Below, piece by piece: positions 9,453 through 18,392 of a DNA stretch of 64,000 nucleotides; the first letter of the stretch is position 1; every line of letters begins with the position of its first letter. The notes under the pieces are model-generated. The model was not told where the DNA came from. It did not search any database and was given only the letters and a program-made list of their open reading frames with translations. Both the position numbers and the translations under genes were made by a program. Source of the stretch: Solirubrobacteraceae bacterium (GTDB lineage: Bacteria; Actinomycetota; Thermoleophilia; Solirubrobacterales; Solirubrobacteraceae); the NCBI GenBank assembly GCA_036495605.1, contig DASXMO010000145.1, positions 3,604 through 67,603 on the forward strand, written 5' to 3'.

Positions 9453-9752
9453 CTACCCGCCGTTTGTTTCCACGACGGTGCCGCCCGCGCCACCCGTGGA
9501 CGGCTCCGCGGCCTTCGCCGGCGTCCCCGAGGTCGCCACCGCCATCGAGGCGGCCGCGAGCACGAGCACGATGGTGATCGCGATCACCATCCGCTCGCCC
9601 CTCGCGCTGCCCGGGAAGTCCGGTTTGCGCATGCCCAGGGCCATCGACACGAACACTGCCCACAGGACCAGCGCCCCACCGGCGATGTAGAACGGGACCT
9701 TGCTCTTCTCCGCGCCGATTACCGGCGCCAGTTGGATCGCCAGCGCGTGCAT
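9453..9752 (-). CDS. Small two-TM hypothetical membrane protein
   Basis: Two hydrophobic helices; stop is 2 nt before the next ATG. Confidence 0.6.
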   Translation of the reverse strand: MHALAIQLAPVIGAEKSKVPFYIAGGALVLWAVFVSMALGMRKPDFPGSARGERMVIAITIVLVLAAASMAVATSGTPAKAAEPSTGGAGGTVVETNGG

Positions 9753-9903
9753 GCCGCGAGCCTAACGCATGAGCGACCCGCACGGAAGATCCACAAGGTC
9801 GTCCGAAACGCTCACCCAATCGTTTCGCGGAGGCTCTCGGAGAACATATCTCAACCGAGGCGGCGCTCTGGCGTGCGTTCATGAGCCAGGCCGGCCGTGC
9901 TAT

Positions 9904-9932
9904 CAGGCCGCCGCGCCGCGCGCGGCGGCCTG
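9904..9932. other. Perfect 13-bp GC hairpin in divergent intergenic region
   Basis: CAGGCCGCCGCGC-cgc-GCGCGGCGGCCTG; no U-tail. Confidence 0.6.
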
Positions 9933-9938
9933 CGGGCG

Positions 9939-9944
9939 TAGGAT
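9939..9944 (+). promoter_or_regulatory. -10 element of a leaderless haloalkane dehalogenase transcript
   Basis: TAGGAT followed by 6 nt and then ATG. Confidence 0.5.
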
Positions 9945-9950
9945 CGCCAC

Positions 9951-10841
9951 ATGATCGAGTTCACCCGCACGCCCGACGAGGCCTTCGCGAACCTCCCCGA
10001 CTTTCCCTTCGAGCCACACTACCGCGAGGTCGAAGGCCTGCGCCTTGCCCATGTCGAGCAAGGCGAGGGCGCACCGGTGCTGTTCATGCACGGCGAGCCC
10101 ACCTGGTCGTTCCTGTGGCGCCATCTGATCCCACCCGTGCGCGACGCGGGCTACCGCGCGATCGCTCCGGACATGGTCGGCTTCGGTCGTTCGGACAAGC
10201 CGCTGGACATGGCCTGGTACTCCTACGACCGCCACGTCGAGTACGCCGCTTCGATTCTCGACGACCTCGACCTCGGCGACGCGACGATCGTCGTGCACGA
10301 CTGGGGCGGACCGATCGGCCTGCGCCTGGCGGTCGAGCACCCGGAGCGCATCAAGCGCATCGTGATCCTCGACACCGGCCTTTTCACCGGGCACCAGCGC
10401 ATGACCGACGCGTGGCTCGCGTTCAGCGACTTCACCGCCCGCACCGAAGACCTCCCCGTCGGCATGCTCGTACGAGGGGGCTGCCACTCCGATCCCGGCG
10501 ACGAGGTCATCGCCGCCTACGAGGCTCCCTATCCCGACCCGCCTTCCAAGGCCGCGGCGCGGGCCTTCCCTGCGCTCGTCCCACAGACTCCCGACGCGCC
10601 CGGCGCCGCCGCCGGCGAGCGCGTTGTGCAGGCCCTGAGCAAGGATCGCCGCCCGACGCTGATGCTGTGGGGCGACTCCGATCCCGTACTGCCGCCGGCG
10701 GTCGGGGAGCGCTTCGCCTCAGCGATCGGCCGCCCCCCGCCACAGCTGATCGCGGGTGGCGGGCATTTCCTGCAAGAGGATCGCGGCCCCGAGCTCGGCG
10801 CGCTGATCGCCGACTGGCTGCGCTCCGAACCGGGCGCGTAA
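9951..10841 (+). CDS. Haloalkane dehalogenase (HLD-I, DhmA-like)
   Basis: RTPDEAFANLPDFPF, HGEPTWSFLWR, HDWGG nucleophile, GHFLQED. Confidence 0.85.
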   Translation: MIEFTRTPDEAFANLPDFPFEPHYREVEGLRLAHVEQGEGAPVLFMHGEPTWSFLWRHLIPPVRDAGYRAIAPDMVGFGRSDKPLDMAWYSYDRHVEYAASILDDLDLGDATIVVHDWGGPIGLRLAVEHPERIKRIVILDTGLFTGHQRMTDAWLAFSDFTARTEDLPVGMLVRGGCHSDPGDEVIAAYEAPYPDPPSKAAARAFPALVPQTPDAPGAAAGERVVQALSKDRRPTLMLWGDSDPVLPPAVGERFASAIGRPPPQLIAGGGHFLQEDRGPELGALIADWLRSEPGA

Positions 10842-10899
10842 GGGACCATCGGGGTAGTCCCTAAGGACCAACCCGAAGAGGGTCCATCCGTCATCCCTC

Positions 10900-11805
10900 T
10901 CAGGAGCCCGTCGTCTCCTCGATCCGCGCCGGCTCGGAACCGGACTGAAGCCCCGGCTCGGACGCCGCCGCGCGCAGCTCATACGCGCGGCGCGCCTGCG
11001 GGTCGGCGTCGGCGAGCACGCGGTCGGCGCGCATCGCCCGGGCCAACCCCTCGGACAGCCTGCGCGGAAGCAGGACGCCCAGTGCGTTCGTGCGCTTGGA
11101 CGAGCGCGGCACCCACACGTCTACCGTGCCGTGGCGCAGCGCGTCGACGATTGCATCGGCCACGTCAGCGGGCTGCAGGTTCTTCATGCCCCGCGCCTGC
11201 CCCAGGCCGCCGCCGAGCTCGGTGTTGACGACGAACGGCATCACGTAGCTGAGCAGCACCTCATCGCCGAGGCCCATCATCCGCAGCTCGCCCCGCACCG
11301 CCTCGGTCAGTCCGACGACCGCGTGCTTGGTCGCGGAGTAAGTGGCGCCGCCGGGCGCGCCGAACTTGCCGGCCTGCGAGGAGATGTTCACGATGTGCCC
11401 GCTCCCGCGCGCCACCATCCGCTCCAGCGCGAGCTTCATCCCGAGGATCACGCCGTGGAGGTTGATGTCGACCATCCGCTGCGCCGTCGCATCGTCCTCG
11501 TCCAGGAACCTCCCGACCTGCATGATGCCGGCGTTGTTGATCAGCGCGTCCACCGGTCCCAGCTGCGCCTCGGTCTCGTCCAGGAACCTCGCGAACGACT
11601 CGCGCTCGGTCACGTCGAGACTCAGCGCGATAGCCGTCGGCCCAAGCTCCGCCGCGGTCTTGCGTGCCGTCTCCAAGTCGAGGTCTCCGATCGCCACGCG
11701 CACCCCCACTCGCGAGAGCGCCTGCGCGGTCGCACGCCCGATCCCTCGCGCCGCTCCGGTGATCGCGACCGTCTGCCCGGCCAGGATGCGCGCCTGTTTG
11801 GCCAT
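10900..11805 (-). CDS. Short-chain dehydrogenase/reductase
   Basis: TGAARGIG, NNAG, YSATK motifs. Confidence 0.88.
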   Translation of the reverse strand: MAKQARILAGQTVAITGAARGIGRATAQALSRVGVRVAIGDLDLETARKTAAELGPTAIALSLDVTERESFARFLDETEAQLGPVDALINNAGIMQVGRFLDEDDATAQRMVDINLHGVILGMKLALERMVARGSGHIVNISSQAGKFGAPGGATYSATKHAVVGLTEAVRGELRMMGLGDEVLLSYVMPFVVNTELGGGLGQARGMKNLQPADVADAIVDALRHGTVDVWVPRSSKRTNALGVLLPRRLSEGLARAMRADRVLADADPQARRAYELRAAASEPGLQSGSEPARIEETTGS

Positions 11806-12026
11806 CGAACCAAACCTAGCGCACCTTCACGCCTCGTGATGGGTTCCAGTAGATGGTCACCCGACGAACGGCTTCCCTGCCTTGCCGTCCGAAGGGAGCA
11901 GGACGACCACCAGAGGAGAGGGTAAGAGGGCACGAGATCCGGGCGAACCACGGCATCGCCCGGATCCGTGTCGTTCTCGGGCGCCTCCACGGCCGACGCG
12001 GGCGACGTGGAGTAGGGTGGGAGTCG

Positions 12027-12923
12027 ATGCCCACGTTCGAGTTCGACGACCAGCGCATCGCCTACACCGAGTTCGGAGGCGGCCCCTCGGCGGTCGTCAC
12101 ACCGGGCGGTAAACGCGCCCGCACCGCCAAGAGCGCGCCCGCGGCCGGACGGCCGCTGATCCTCGTGCATGGGCTGCTGCTCTCCCAGGAGATGCACCGC
12201 CCGCTCGCCAAAGCCCTCGCCGCGCGCGGCAACCGCGTGATCACCGTCGACCTGCTCGGCCACGGCAAGTCCTCGCGCCCGCGCGACATGTGGCGCTACT
12301 CGATGGGCGCCTTTGCCGAGCAGCTGCTCGCGCTGATGGACCACCTCGAACTGGAGCAGGCGGCGGTGATGGGCACCTCGTTGGGCGCTAACACCGCGCT
12401 CGAGGTCGCCTCGCGCGCGCCCGAGCGCCTGCGCGGGATGGTGATCGAGATGCCCGTCCTCGACAACGCGCTGCCGGCCTCCGCGGTCACGTTCACGCCA
12501 ATCCTGCTCGCGCTGACCTTCGGCGAGCCGGTGATGAAGCTGCTCGCCCGCGGCGCGCGCGCGATCCCGCGCCGGCTGCTGCCGCTGTACGGGAACGTCC
12601 TGCTCGACACCGTCCGCCAGGAACCGGGCCCCGGCGGTGCGCTGCTGCAGGGGCTGTTCTTCGGTCGCATCGCACCTCATCGCAGCGAGCGGCGCACGTT
12701 CGAGATGCCCGCGCTCGTGCTCGGTCACCACCACGACCCCGTGCACCCATTCTCCGACGCCGGTCAGCTCGCCGCCGAGCTGCCCAACGGGCGCATGTTG
12801 GAGGCCGACTCCCTCGTCGAGCTGCGCCTGCGCCCAGAGCGCCTCACGAACGAGATCGCCTCGTTCCTCGACGAGATCTGGCGCCCGCGTCGCGCCGCCA
12901 AGCGCTCCAAGAGCGCCGGCTGA
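12027..12923 (+). CDS. Alpha/beta hydrolase
   Basis: LVHGL, DLLGHG, GTSLG nucleophile elbow; ATG 8 nt after TAGGGT. Confidence 0.8.
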   Translation: MPTFEFDDQRIAYTEFGGGPSAVVTPGGKRARTAKSAPAAGRPLILVHGLLLSQEMHRPLAKALAARGNRVITVDLLGHGKSSRPRDMWRYSMGAFAEQLLALMDHLELEQAAVMGTSLGANTALEVASRAPERLRGMVIEMPVLDNALPASAVTFTPILLALTFGEPVMKLLARGARAIPRRLLPLYGNVLLDTVRQEPGPGGALLQGLFFGRIAPHRSERRTFEMPALVLGHHHDPVHPFSDAGQLAAELPNGRMLEADSLVELRLRPERLTNEIASFLDEIWRPRRAAKRSKSAG

Positions 12924-12936
12924 GCCCCGCTGCGCT

Positions 12937-13103
12937 GCCTGGCGGCCGGGGATCATGCTGACCGATAGGAGATCGCATCTGATCTCCTATCGGTAAGGAC
13001 GCAGGGAGCGTGGCGTACTACGTACGCGTGCTGGCCGATCGGCGATCCCATCGATCGACGATCGGTGAGGACGCAGGATGGCGCCGGTCCCCGGCCGTCA
13101 GGC
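12937..13103 (+). repeat. Palindromic repeat element, copy 1 (two internal units)
   Basis: Terminal IR GCCTGGCGGCCGGGGA/TCCCCGGCCGTCAGGC (15/16), 14-bp hairpin at 12961-12994, core GGACGCAGGGAGCG. Confidence 0.8.
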
Positions 13104-13104
13104 G

Positions 13105-14073
13105 CTATTTGGCTTCGAAGAGTTCCAGTTCGTTCACGCTCACGTGCCCAGGGGCAGTGGACGTGCCGACGGAGGACCGCGGAGCATTGCTGATCCACAG
13201 CGCGAGGAAGCGGAACGCTTTGTTGGCGTCGCGCAGTTTGATCGTCGTGTTGCGCTTCTTCGCGTCAAGCGAAGGGCTGAGCGCAACCCACGCTGCGTCG
13301 GTGATCGATGCCGGCAGCGTGGTCCCGTTGGCTCCGTAGATCTGCACGGTCATGCCGGGCGTCGAGGTGACGAGCTTGACCGACCCGATCTTCAGCGCGG
13401 TCTTCAGGTCGATCGCCAGCCCCTCCGCCATCTTCGGCGCGACGGCCGGGTTGACCTGAGCGGTCCACGCGGTGCTCGTTTCGCCGTCGATCGCGAGGCT
13501 CGGATCGCCGAACCAGCTCGTCGGGTACCCGTAGGGGTTGTACGTGCTCGCGGCGTTCGTGTCGAGCAGGATCGGCGAGGGCCGTTCAGGCGTTGTGGTC
13601 GTGCCGCCGCTGCTGTTCGTGTTCGTTTTGCTCGTCCCGGTCCCCGGTTCGCCCGTGCCTGTTTTCGTCGTCCCGGTCCCCGAGCTGGTGGTCGGAGTCG
13701 GCGTCGGAGTCGACGCCGTCAGTGGGATTTTCGGGGCCGTGCTCGTACTGGGCAGCGGTTTGATCGTCGTCGGCGTGCCCAGCCCACCGGGCGTGACCGG
13801 TGTCGTGGGAGTCGTCGCCGGAGTAGTCGCGGGCACCTGCGCGACCGTTATGACTCGCGGTGCGGGCTTTCGCGCCGCGGGCTGCGTGAGCGCGGCATAC
13901 GCCGCCGCGGCCGCGCCCAACACGAGCGCGGCTGTCACCGCGAGCACCGTCGTCGCCGTACGCCAGCCGGGGCCGCCGCCGTCGAGACTGCCGGGCACGG
14001 CCGTGCCGCACTGCAGGCACCAGTCCTGGCCCTCCTCCAGCGCCGCGCCGCATTTCTTGCAAGTGCCGTTCAC
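13105..14073 (-). CDS. Zinc-ribbon/TM/Thr-Pro linker/discoidin-like (F5/8C-type) membrane protein
   Basis: CKKC...CLQC ribbon, one TM helix, Thr/Pro-rich linker, AIDGETSTAW beta-sandwich domain. Confidence 0.65.
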   Translation of the reverse strand: MNGTCKKCGAALEEGQDWCLQCGTAVPGSLDGGGPGWRTATTVLAVTAALVLGAAAAAYAALTQPAARKPAPRVITVAQVPATTPATTPTTPVTPGGLGTPTTIKPLPSTSTAPKIPLTASTPTPTPTTSSGTGTTKTGTGEPGTGTSKTNTNSSGGTTTTPERPSPILLDTNAASTYNPYGYPTSWFGDPSLAIDGETSTAWTAQVNPAVAPKMAEGLAIDLKTALKIGSVKLVTSTPGMTVQIYGANGTTLPASITDAAWVALSPSLDAKKRNTTIKLRDANKAFRFLALWISNAPRSSVGTSTAPGHVSVNELELFEAK

Positions 14074-14077
14074 GGTC

Positions 14078-15139
14078 TCAATTCTTGCACCTGGGCGGCG
14101 GGAAGCCGCCGGGCACGATCTCGCGGCCGGTCGGGCGCATCTGCGCGTCCAGCTCGAGCTGCCAGTAGTAGCGGGTGAACGTCATCCCAGCTTCGAACTC
14201 GCCCACGTGCGGCGCCACCTCCTGACCCGAAGCGAGCGCGACGATCAGCTCGGGATAGCTGCGCCCCGGCAGCGCCGCGTAGGCGGGTGCGGGGAACGCG
14301 CCTCCGAAGCGCGTGTTCACGTCGGTGATCGCCACCCCGATCTCGGGATCGCGGAACACTTGGATCGTCGCCGGCCCGCATACCGTGAGCGCCTCCATCA
14401 CGCGCGCGCCGAGCTCGATCAGCTCCGTGTCGCGGATCACCGCGCCCTTGATCGACTCACCCCCGCGCGACTCGAGCATCGTGCGTGGGATCGCATTCAA
14501 GCAGCGCCCCTCGCGGTCGCCGAGGCAGTCGATCGAGAACTCGGGCCCGCCCATCGCACGCTGGACCATCGTCGGCTCGTCCACGTAGTCGACGAAGAAC
14601 CGCGCCTGCGCCGGATCGTGGGCGAGGTGGATCGAGCGCGCACCCGAGCCGCGCCGGGGCTTGACCATCACCGGGTAGCGCAGCTGCTGGAGATCGTCCT
14701 CGGGCAGGACCGTCGGCGGCGAGGGCAGGCCCAGCTCGCCGAGCAGCAGGTGCGTTGCGTACTTGTCATAGGTCGCGCTCGCCACCGCAGGCGAGGGAAC
14801 CAGCGCCGGCAGCCGTCCGTCGGCGCGCGCCTGCGCGAGCGTCTCGATGTCGAGGTCGGTCAGCGGCAGCACCGCGCCGACCCCGTGCTCCGCGCACAGC
14901 CGCTCGAGCGCGGGCACGTACTCGGGGTCCTCGATCAGGGGCACCGCCGCGCGCACGTGCGCGGCGTATTGCGCCGGGGCCAGCGGCGAGGGGTCGGCGA
15001 CGATCGTCTTCGTCAGCGCCGCGAAGCAGGAGACGATGTCATAGCGCTTGCCGGCCCCCGTGAGCAGCACCGCTGGAGCGGAGTCGGCCGCAGACGCGGT
15101 CCTCGCCGCGGATGGAACGTCTGCGCCACCGGCGCCCAT
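14078..15139 (-). CDS. ATP-grasp domain protein (CarB-like ligase of glycan loci)
   Basis: LLTGAGKR, MVKPRRGSGARS, EFSIDC, DVNTRFGG; TGATG coupling with the upstream gene. Confidence 0.8.
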   Translation of the reverse strand: MGAGGADVPSAARTASAADSAPAVLLTGAGKRYDIVSCFAALTKTIVADPSPLAPAQYAAHVRAAVPLIEDPEYVPALERLCAEHGVGAVLPLTDLDIETLAQARADGRLPALVPSPAVASATYDKYATHLLLGELGLPSPPTVLPEDDLQQLRYPVMVKPRRGSGARSIHLAHDPAQARFFVDYVDEPTMVQRAMGGPEFSIDCLGDREGRCLNAIPRTMLESRGGESIKGAVIRDTELIELGARVMEALTVCGPATIQVFRDPEIGVAITDVNTRFGGAFPAPAYAALPGRSYPELIVALASGQEVAPHVGEFEAGMTFTRYYWQLELDAQMRPTGREIVPGGFPPPRCKN

Positions 15140-15732
15140 CACAGCTCGTGCTCCCAGCCGCCGGCGGGGCCCTTGTAGAGACCCTCGCCGCCGAACACGA
15201 GCGCGGGCGTGCGCCACAGGATGCGCAGGTCCAGCGCCGGCGAGCGGTGTTCGACGTAGTAGAGGTCGAGCTCGATCCGCTCCGCCCAGGGCAGCGATGC
15301 GCGGCCGTTGACCTGCGCCCAGCCGGTGATGCCGGGCCTGACCGCAAGGCGTCCGCGCTGGCGCTCGGTGTACTGGGCGACCTGCACCGGCAGCGTCGGG
15401 CGCGGCCCGATCAGCGACATCTCGCCGCGCAGCACGTTCAGCAGGTTCGGCAGCTCGTCGAGCGAGGTGCGCCGCAGCAGCGCGCCGACGCGCGTGACGC
15501 GCGAGTCGCCCGCGTCGATCGCCAGGCCCGCGCCGATGTGCTCCGCGCCGTCGACCATCGTGCGCAGCTTCAGCACGTCGAATTCGCGCCCGTGCATGCC
15601 CACGCGCCGCTGCCGATAGACGACCGGACCGGAGGACTCCAGCCGGATCGCGACCATCGCCGCGAGGAGCAGCGGAGAGGTGAGCGCGAGCGCGAAGGCA
15701 GAGACGGCTATGTCGAGAGCTCGCCTAATCAT
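15139..15732 (-). CDS. Priming (undecaprenyl-phosphate) sugar transferase, PglC/WcaJ family
   Basis: RRALDIAVS, KLRTM, LRRTSLDELPNL, GPRP, RPGITGWAQVNGR. Confidence 0.9.
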   Translation of the reverse strand: MIRRALDIAVSAFALALTSPLLLAAMVAIRLESSGPVVYRQRRVGMHGREFDVLKLRTMVDGAEHIGAGLAIDAGDSRVTRVGALLRRTSLDELPNLLNVLRGEMSLIGPRPTLPVQVAQYTERQRGRLAVRPGITGWAQVNGRASLPWAERIELDLYYVEHRSPALDLRILWRTPALVFGGEGLYKGPAGGWEHEL

Positions 15733-15745
15733 CGAATGAAACGAC

Positions 15746-15886
15746 ATCCTGACGGTCGAGGGTCGAGCGGGGCGCGGACGCAGGGAGCGTGGTGTGCTTT
15801 GCACACGTGCTGGCCGATAGGAAGATCGCATCTGATCTCCTATCGGTAAGGACAAAGCATCCGCGAAGGCCATCGGCCGTCAGGAT
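15746..15886 (+). repeat. Palindromic repeat element, copy 2
   Basis: Terminal IR ATCCTGACGGTC/GGCCGTCAGGAT (11/12), the same core, and the same long hairpin as copy 1 with a 1-nt insertion. Confidence 0.8.
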
Positions 15887-17031
15887 CATCTCGTGCCCTC
15901 GGCAGCTTCCCAGGTCGCGGCTGTGCCGTGGCGCAACCAGTCCCACAGCCCGGCGGCCGGAGAGGCGGTCGTGAGCACGTAGTAGCGCGCTATCAGCAAC
16001 GGACGCAAGCGCAGCACCCCTCCAAGCAGCGCGCCTCCCAGCAACGCGAGCTGCAGCACCAGCGTGACCTCATACAGCGCGCCCGCGCCGAGCGCGAGCA
16101 GCGCCACGTTCGCGAGCAGCGCGAGCAGGTGCAGGAACGGCGTGAGGTAGCGCAGCAGGCGGTGGGAGTAGATCATCAGCGCATAGCCCGGCGGGTATCC
16201 ACGCGGGGAGAGCATGCCTCCCCGCAGGAGGATCGGCCAGGTGTGGCTCATCATGCGCCGCTTGCGCGCGAACTCGCCGAGCAGCGAAGGAACCATCTTC
16301 TCGCTCGCGCACGCCGCCGGCACGTAGGTCGCGCGCAGGCCGCGGCGGACCATGTTGAAGGGGAGCGAGAGATCGTGGCCCATGATCGGGTCGACCACGA
16401 TGTATGAATCGCGGCGGGTCGCGTAGATCGCGCCGTTGCCGGCCGTGACCGAGGACAAACGCGACTCGTAGGAGCGCACGGCCAACTCGTAGCGCCAGTA
16501 GACGCCCTCCTGGTTGCCCGCGTCGGCTCCGGCGGCGGCCTGCACGAAGCGCACCTGTCCGCAGGCGTACCCCACGCGCGGGTCGGCGAACGCCCCCGCG
16601 AGCAGGCGCGCGGCGTCGGGCTCCCACTGCGCGTTCGCGTCGGAGAAGGCCACGATCTCGCCCCGCGCACGCTCCACGGCGGCGTCCTGCGCGCGGATCT
16701 TGCCGCCGCGCGGTAGCTCCAGCACGAGGTCGGCTCCGGCCTCGCGCGCACGCGCCGCGGTGGCGTCGGTGCAGCCGTCGCAGGCGACGATCACCTCGAG
16801 CAGCCCGCGCGGGTAGTCGAGCGCGAGCGCGTTCGCGACACGCGCGCCGATGACGGACTCCTCGTCGTGTGCGGCCACGATCAGCGACAACGAGGGCGGG
16901 GGCTCGGGTGCTGCGATCGGCTGAACGCGTCCGAACACGCGAGCCAGCACCGCCAGCGTGGCTGCGTAGGCGAGTTGCGTCCACACGATCAGCGCGGCAC
17001 AGACCCAGAAGATGACCTCCAGCGCGCTCAT
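15886..17031 (-). CDS. Glycosyltransferase family 2
   Basis: IVAAHDE, DGCTD, FSDAN, GAIYA, HDLSL motifs; N- and C-terminal TM segments. Confidence 0.88.
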   Translation of the reverse strand: MSALEVIFWVCAALIVWTQLAYAATLAVLARVFGRVQPIAAPEPPPSLSLIVAAHDEESVIGARVANALALDYPRGLLEVIVACDGCTDATAARAREAGADLVLELPRGGKIRAQDAAVERARGEIVAFSDANAQWEPDAARLLAGAFADPRVGYACGQVRFVQAAAGADAGNQEGVYWRYELAVRSYESRLSSVTAGNGAIYATRRDSYIVVDPIMGHDLSLPFNMVRRGLRATYVPAACASEKMVPSLLGEFARKRRMMSHTWPILLRGGMLSPRGYPPGYALMIYSHRLLRYLTPFLHLLALLANVALLALGAGALYEVTLVLQLALLGGALLGGVLRLRPLLIARYYVLTTASPAAGLWDWLRHGTAATWEAAEGTR

Positions 17032-17105
17032 CAGCGAGCGTGTTGCCTCTGGCCGTGAGTGTCGCTATCGTTGTTCACGGCCAATACATTCAACGTGTTC
17101 ACCAT
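17031..17105 (-). CDS. Putative 24-aa leader peptide MVNTLNVLAVNNDSDTHGQRQHAR
   Basis: Strong RBS AGAAAGGAGG before ATG; its TGA overlaps the GT2 ATG (TGATG). Confidence 0.45.
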   Translation of the reverse strand: MVNTLNVLAVNNDSDTHGQRQHAR

Positions 17106-17110
17106 ATGCA

Positions 17111-17159
17111 CCCTCCTTTCTCCGGAGCGCACGGCCCCGGAACGGTCCGGATAGGAGGG
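17111..17159 (-). promoter_or_regulatory. RBS-sequestering hairpin
   Basis: On the minus strand, CCCTCCT-A-TCCGGA pairs with TCCGGA-GAA-AGGAGGG. Confidence 0.5.
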
Positions 17160-17194
17160 CCTGTAACACGCAGCGATTGACCACGTCGATCACT

Positions 17195-18373
17195 CTACGG
17201 TCGGCTTGGGATGCTTTTCTCGGGGGAGAGGGTGATCAGTGAGTCGTACAACCTGAGCGTGCGCCGGCCGATCTCATCCCACGAGTACGGCCCGGCCGCC
17301 GCCGCGCGGGCTCGCTCGGCCATCGCAGCGAGGGCGGCTGGGTCGGACAGAAGCTCTCCCAGCGCGGCGCTCAGCGCCGGGACATCGCCTGCGGGAAACG
17401 TCCGCGCGGCGCCCGTCGCCGCCACCTCGGGGAAGCCGCCGACGTCGCTCAGCAGCATCGGCTTGCCGAAGGCGAGCGCGGTGAGCAGCACGCCCGACTG
17501 GTCGATCTCGCGGTAGGGGAGCACGACGAGGTCGGCGCGCTGGAAGTAGGCCGGAAGCTCGGTGTCGCCGATGAAGCGCGGCACGAAGCGAACGTTCGCC
17601 GGCGCGGCACGACGCAGGTGGGAGATGTCGAACTTGGGCATCCCCGCGATCCACAGCTCGGCCTCGTCGATCTCGTGCCACGCCTGCAGCAGTAGGTCGA
17701 TCCCCTTGTAGGGGCGCATCAGGCCGAAGCACAGCACCACGGGCTTGTCCGTCTCAAATGGCGGCGGCTGGGGTGCGGCGGCGGCGAGGTGCGCGAAGGC
17801 TCCGTGCGGGATTACGTGCACACGCTCGGACTCGACGCCTAGCTCTCGCGTAAGCCGCGCGCGGCCGTGCTCGGAGTGCACGACGATCGCGTCGAAGCGC
17901 TCGTACAGGCGCCGCTGCGCCGCGAGCTGTCCCGGACGGGGCTCGCGCGGCAGGATGTCGTGCGCGGTCAGCACGAGCGGGCGCGTATCGCCGCCCGGTG
18001 CGCCACCCGCATGACCGCCCGCAAGGCCGCCCGACCCGCGCCGGCGCGGGGGCAGCAGATGACCGTCGAGGTGCTGGACGGAGAGCCACTGGAAGTGGAC
18101 GATGTCGGCCTCACGCGCGAGGTGGCGGTAGCGCAGCATGTCGGGGACGTGCTCGGCGAGCCTGCACACCGTGCGCAGGCGCGATCCGGGCGCGCCGAGG
18201 GCGGCGCGGTAGAACAGCTCGCGCCGCTCATATCCCTCCGCGGGTGGGACCGGCCCGTAGGCGAAGCGGCTCGTCACGAGCGTCACCTGCGCCCCGGCGT
18301 AGCCCAGCGCACCGCACAGCGCGTGATCGTAGGGCGGGGTATAGGCCGGGGGATCGACGACGTGAACACGCAC
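17195..18373 (-). CDS. Glycosyltransferase family 4 (GT-B)
   Basis: VVDPPAYTPPYDH, FGLMRPYKG, ADLVVLPYREIDQSGV, GKPMLLSDVGG. Confidence 0.88.
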   Translation of the reverse strand: MRVHVVDPPAYTPPYDHALCGALGYAGAQVTLVTSRFAYGPVPPAEGYERRELFYRAALGAPGSRLRTVCRLAEHVPDMLRYRHLAREADIVHFQWLSVQHLDGHLLPPRRRGSGGLAGGHAGGAPGGDTRPLVLTAHDILPREPRPGQLAAQRRLYERFDAIVVHSEHGRARLTRELGVESERVHVIPHGAFAHLAAAAPQPPPFETDKPVVLCFGLMRPYKGIDLLLQAWHEIDEAELWIAGMPKFDISHLRRAAPANVRFVPRFIGDTELPAYFQRADLVVLPYREIDQSGVLLTALAFGKPMLLSDVGGFPEVAATGAARTFPAGDVPALSAALGELLSDPAALAAMAERARAAAAGPYSWDEIGRRTLRLYDSLITLSPEKSIPSRP

Positions 18374-18392
18374 CGGACGGGACAATAGGCGG

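Noticed and set aside
10843-10899. Short ORF or promoter-like motif in the convergent gap
   Set aside because: ORF 10529..10894 is antisense to the dehalogenase with no motif; only the palindrome is kept as a minor note.
11830-11860. Fluoride riboswitch-like GATGGGTTC
   Set aside because: The downstream pseudoknot and CTGATGAC elements are missing, and no fluoride exporter is adjacent.
11880-11905. SRP RNA-like GTCCGAAGGGAGCAG (and CAGGTCCGGAGG at about 45558)
   Set aside because: Neither site has the complete CAGG-UCC-GNRA-GGA-AGCA helix-8 motif.
12937-13103. Tandem units resembling a mini-CRISPR
   Set aside because: Only two units, the 'spacers' are palindromic and shared between loci, and no cas genes are present.
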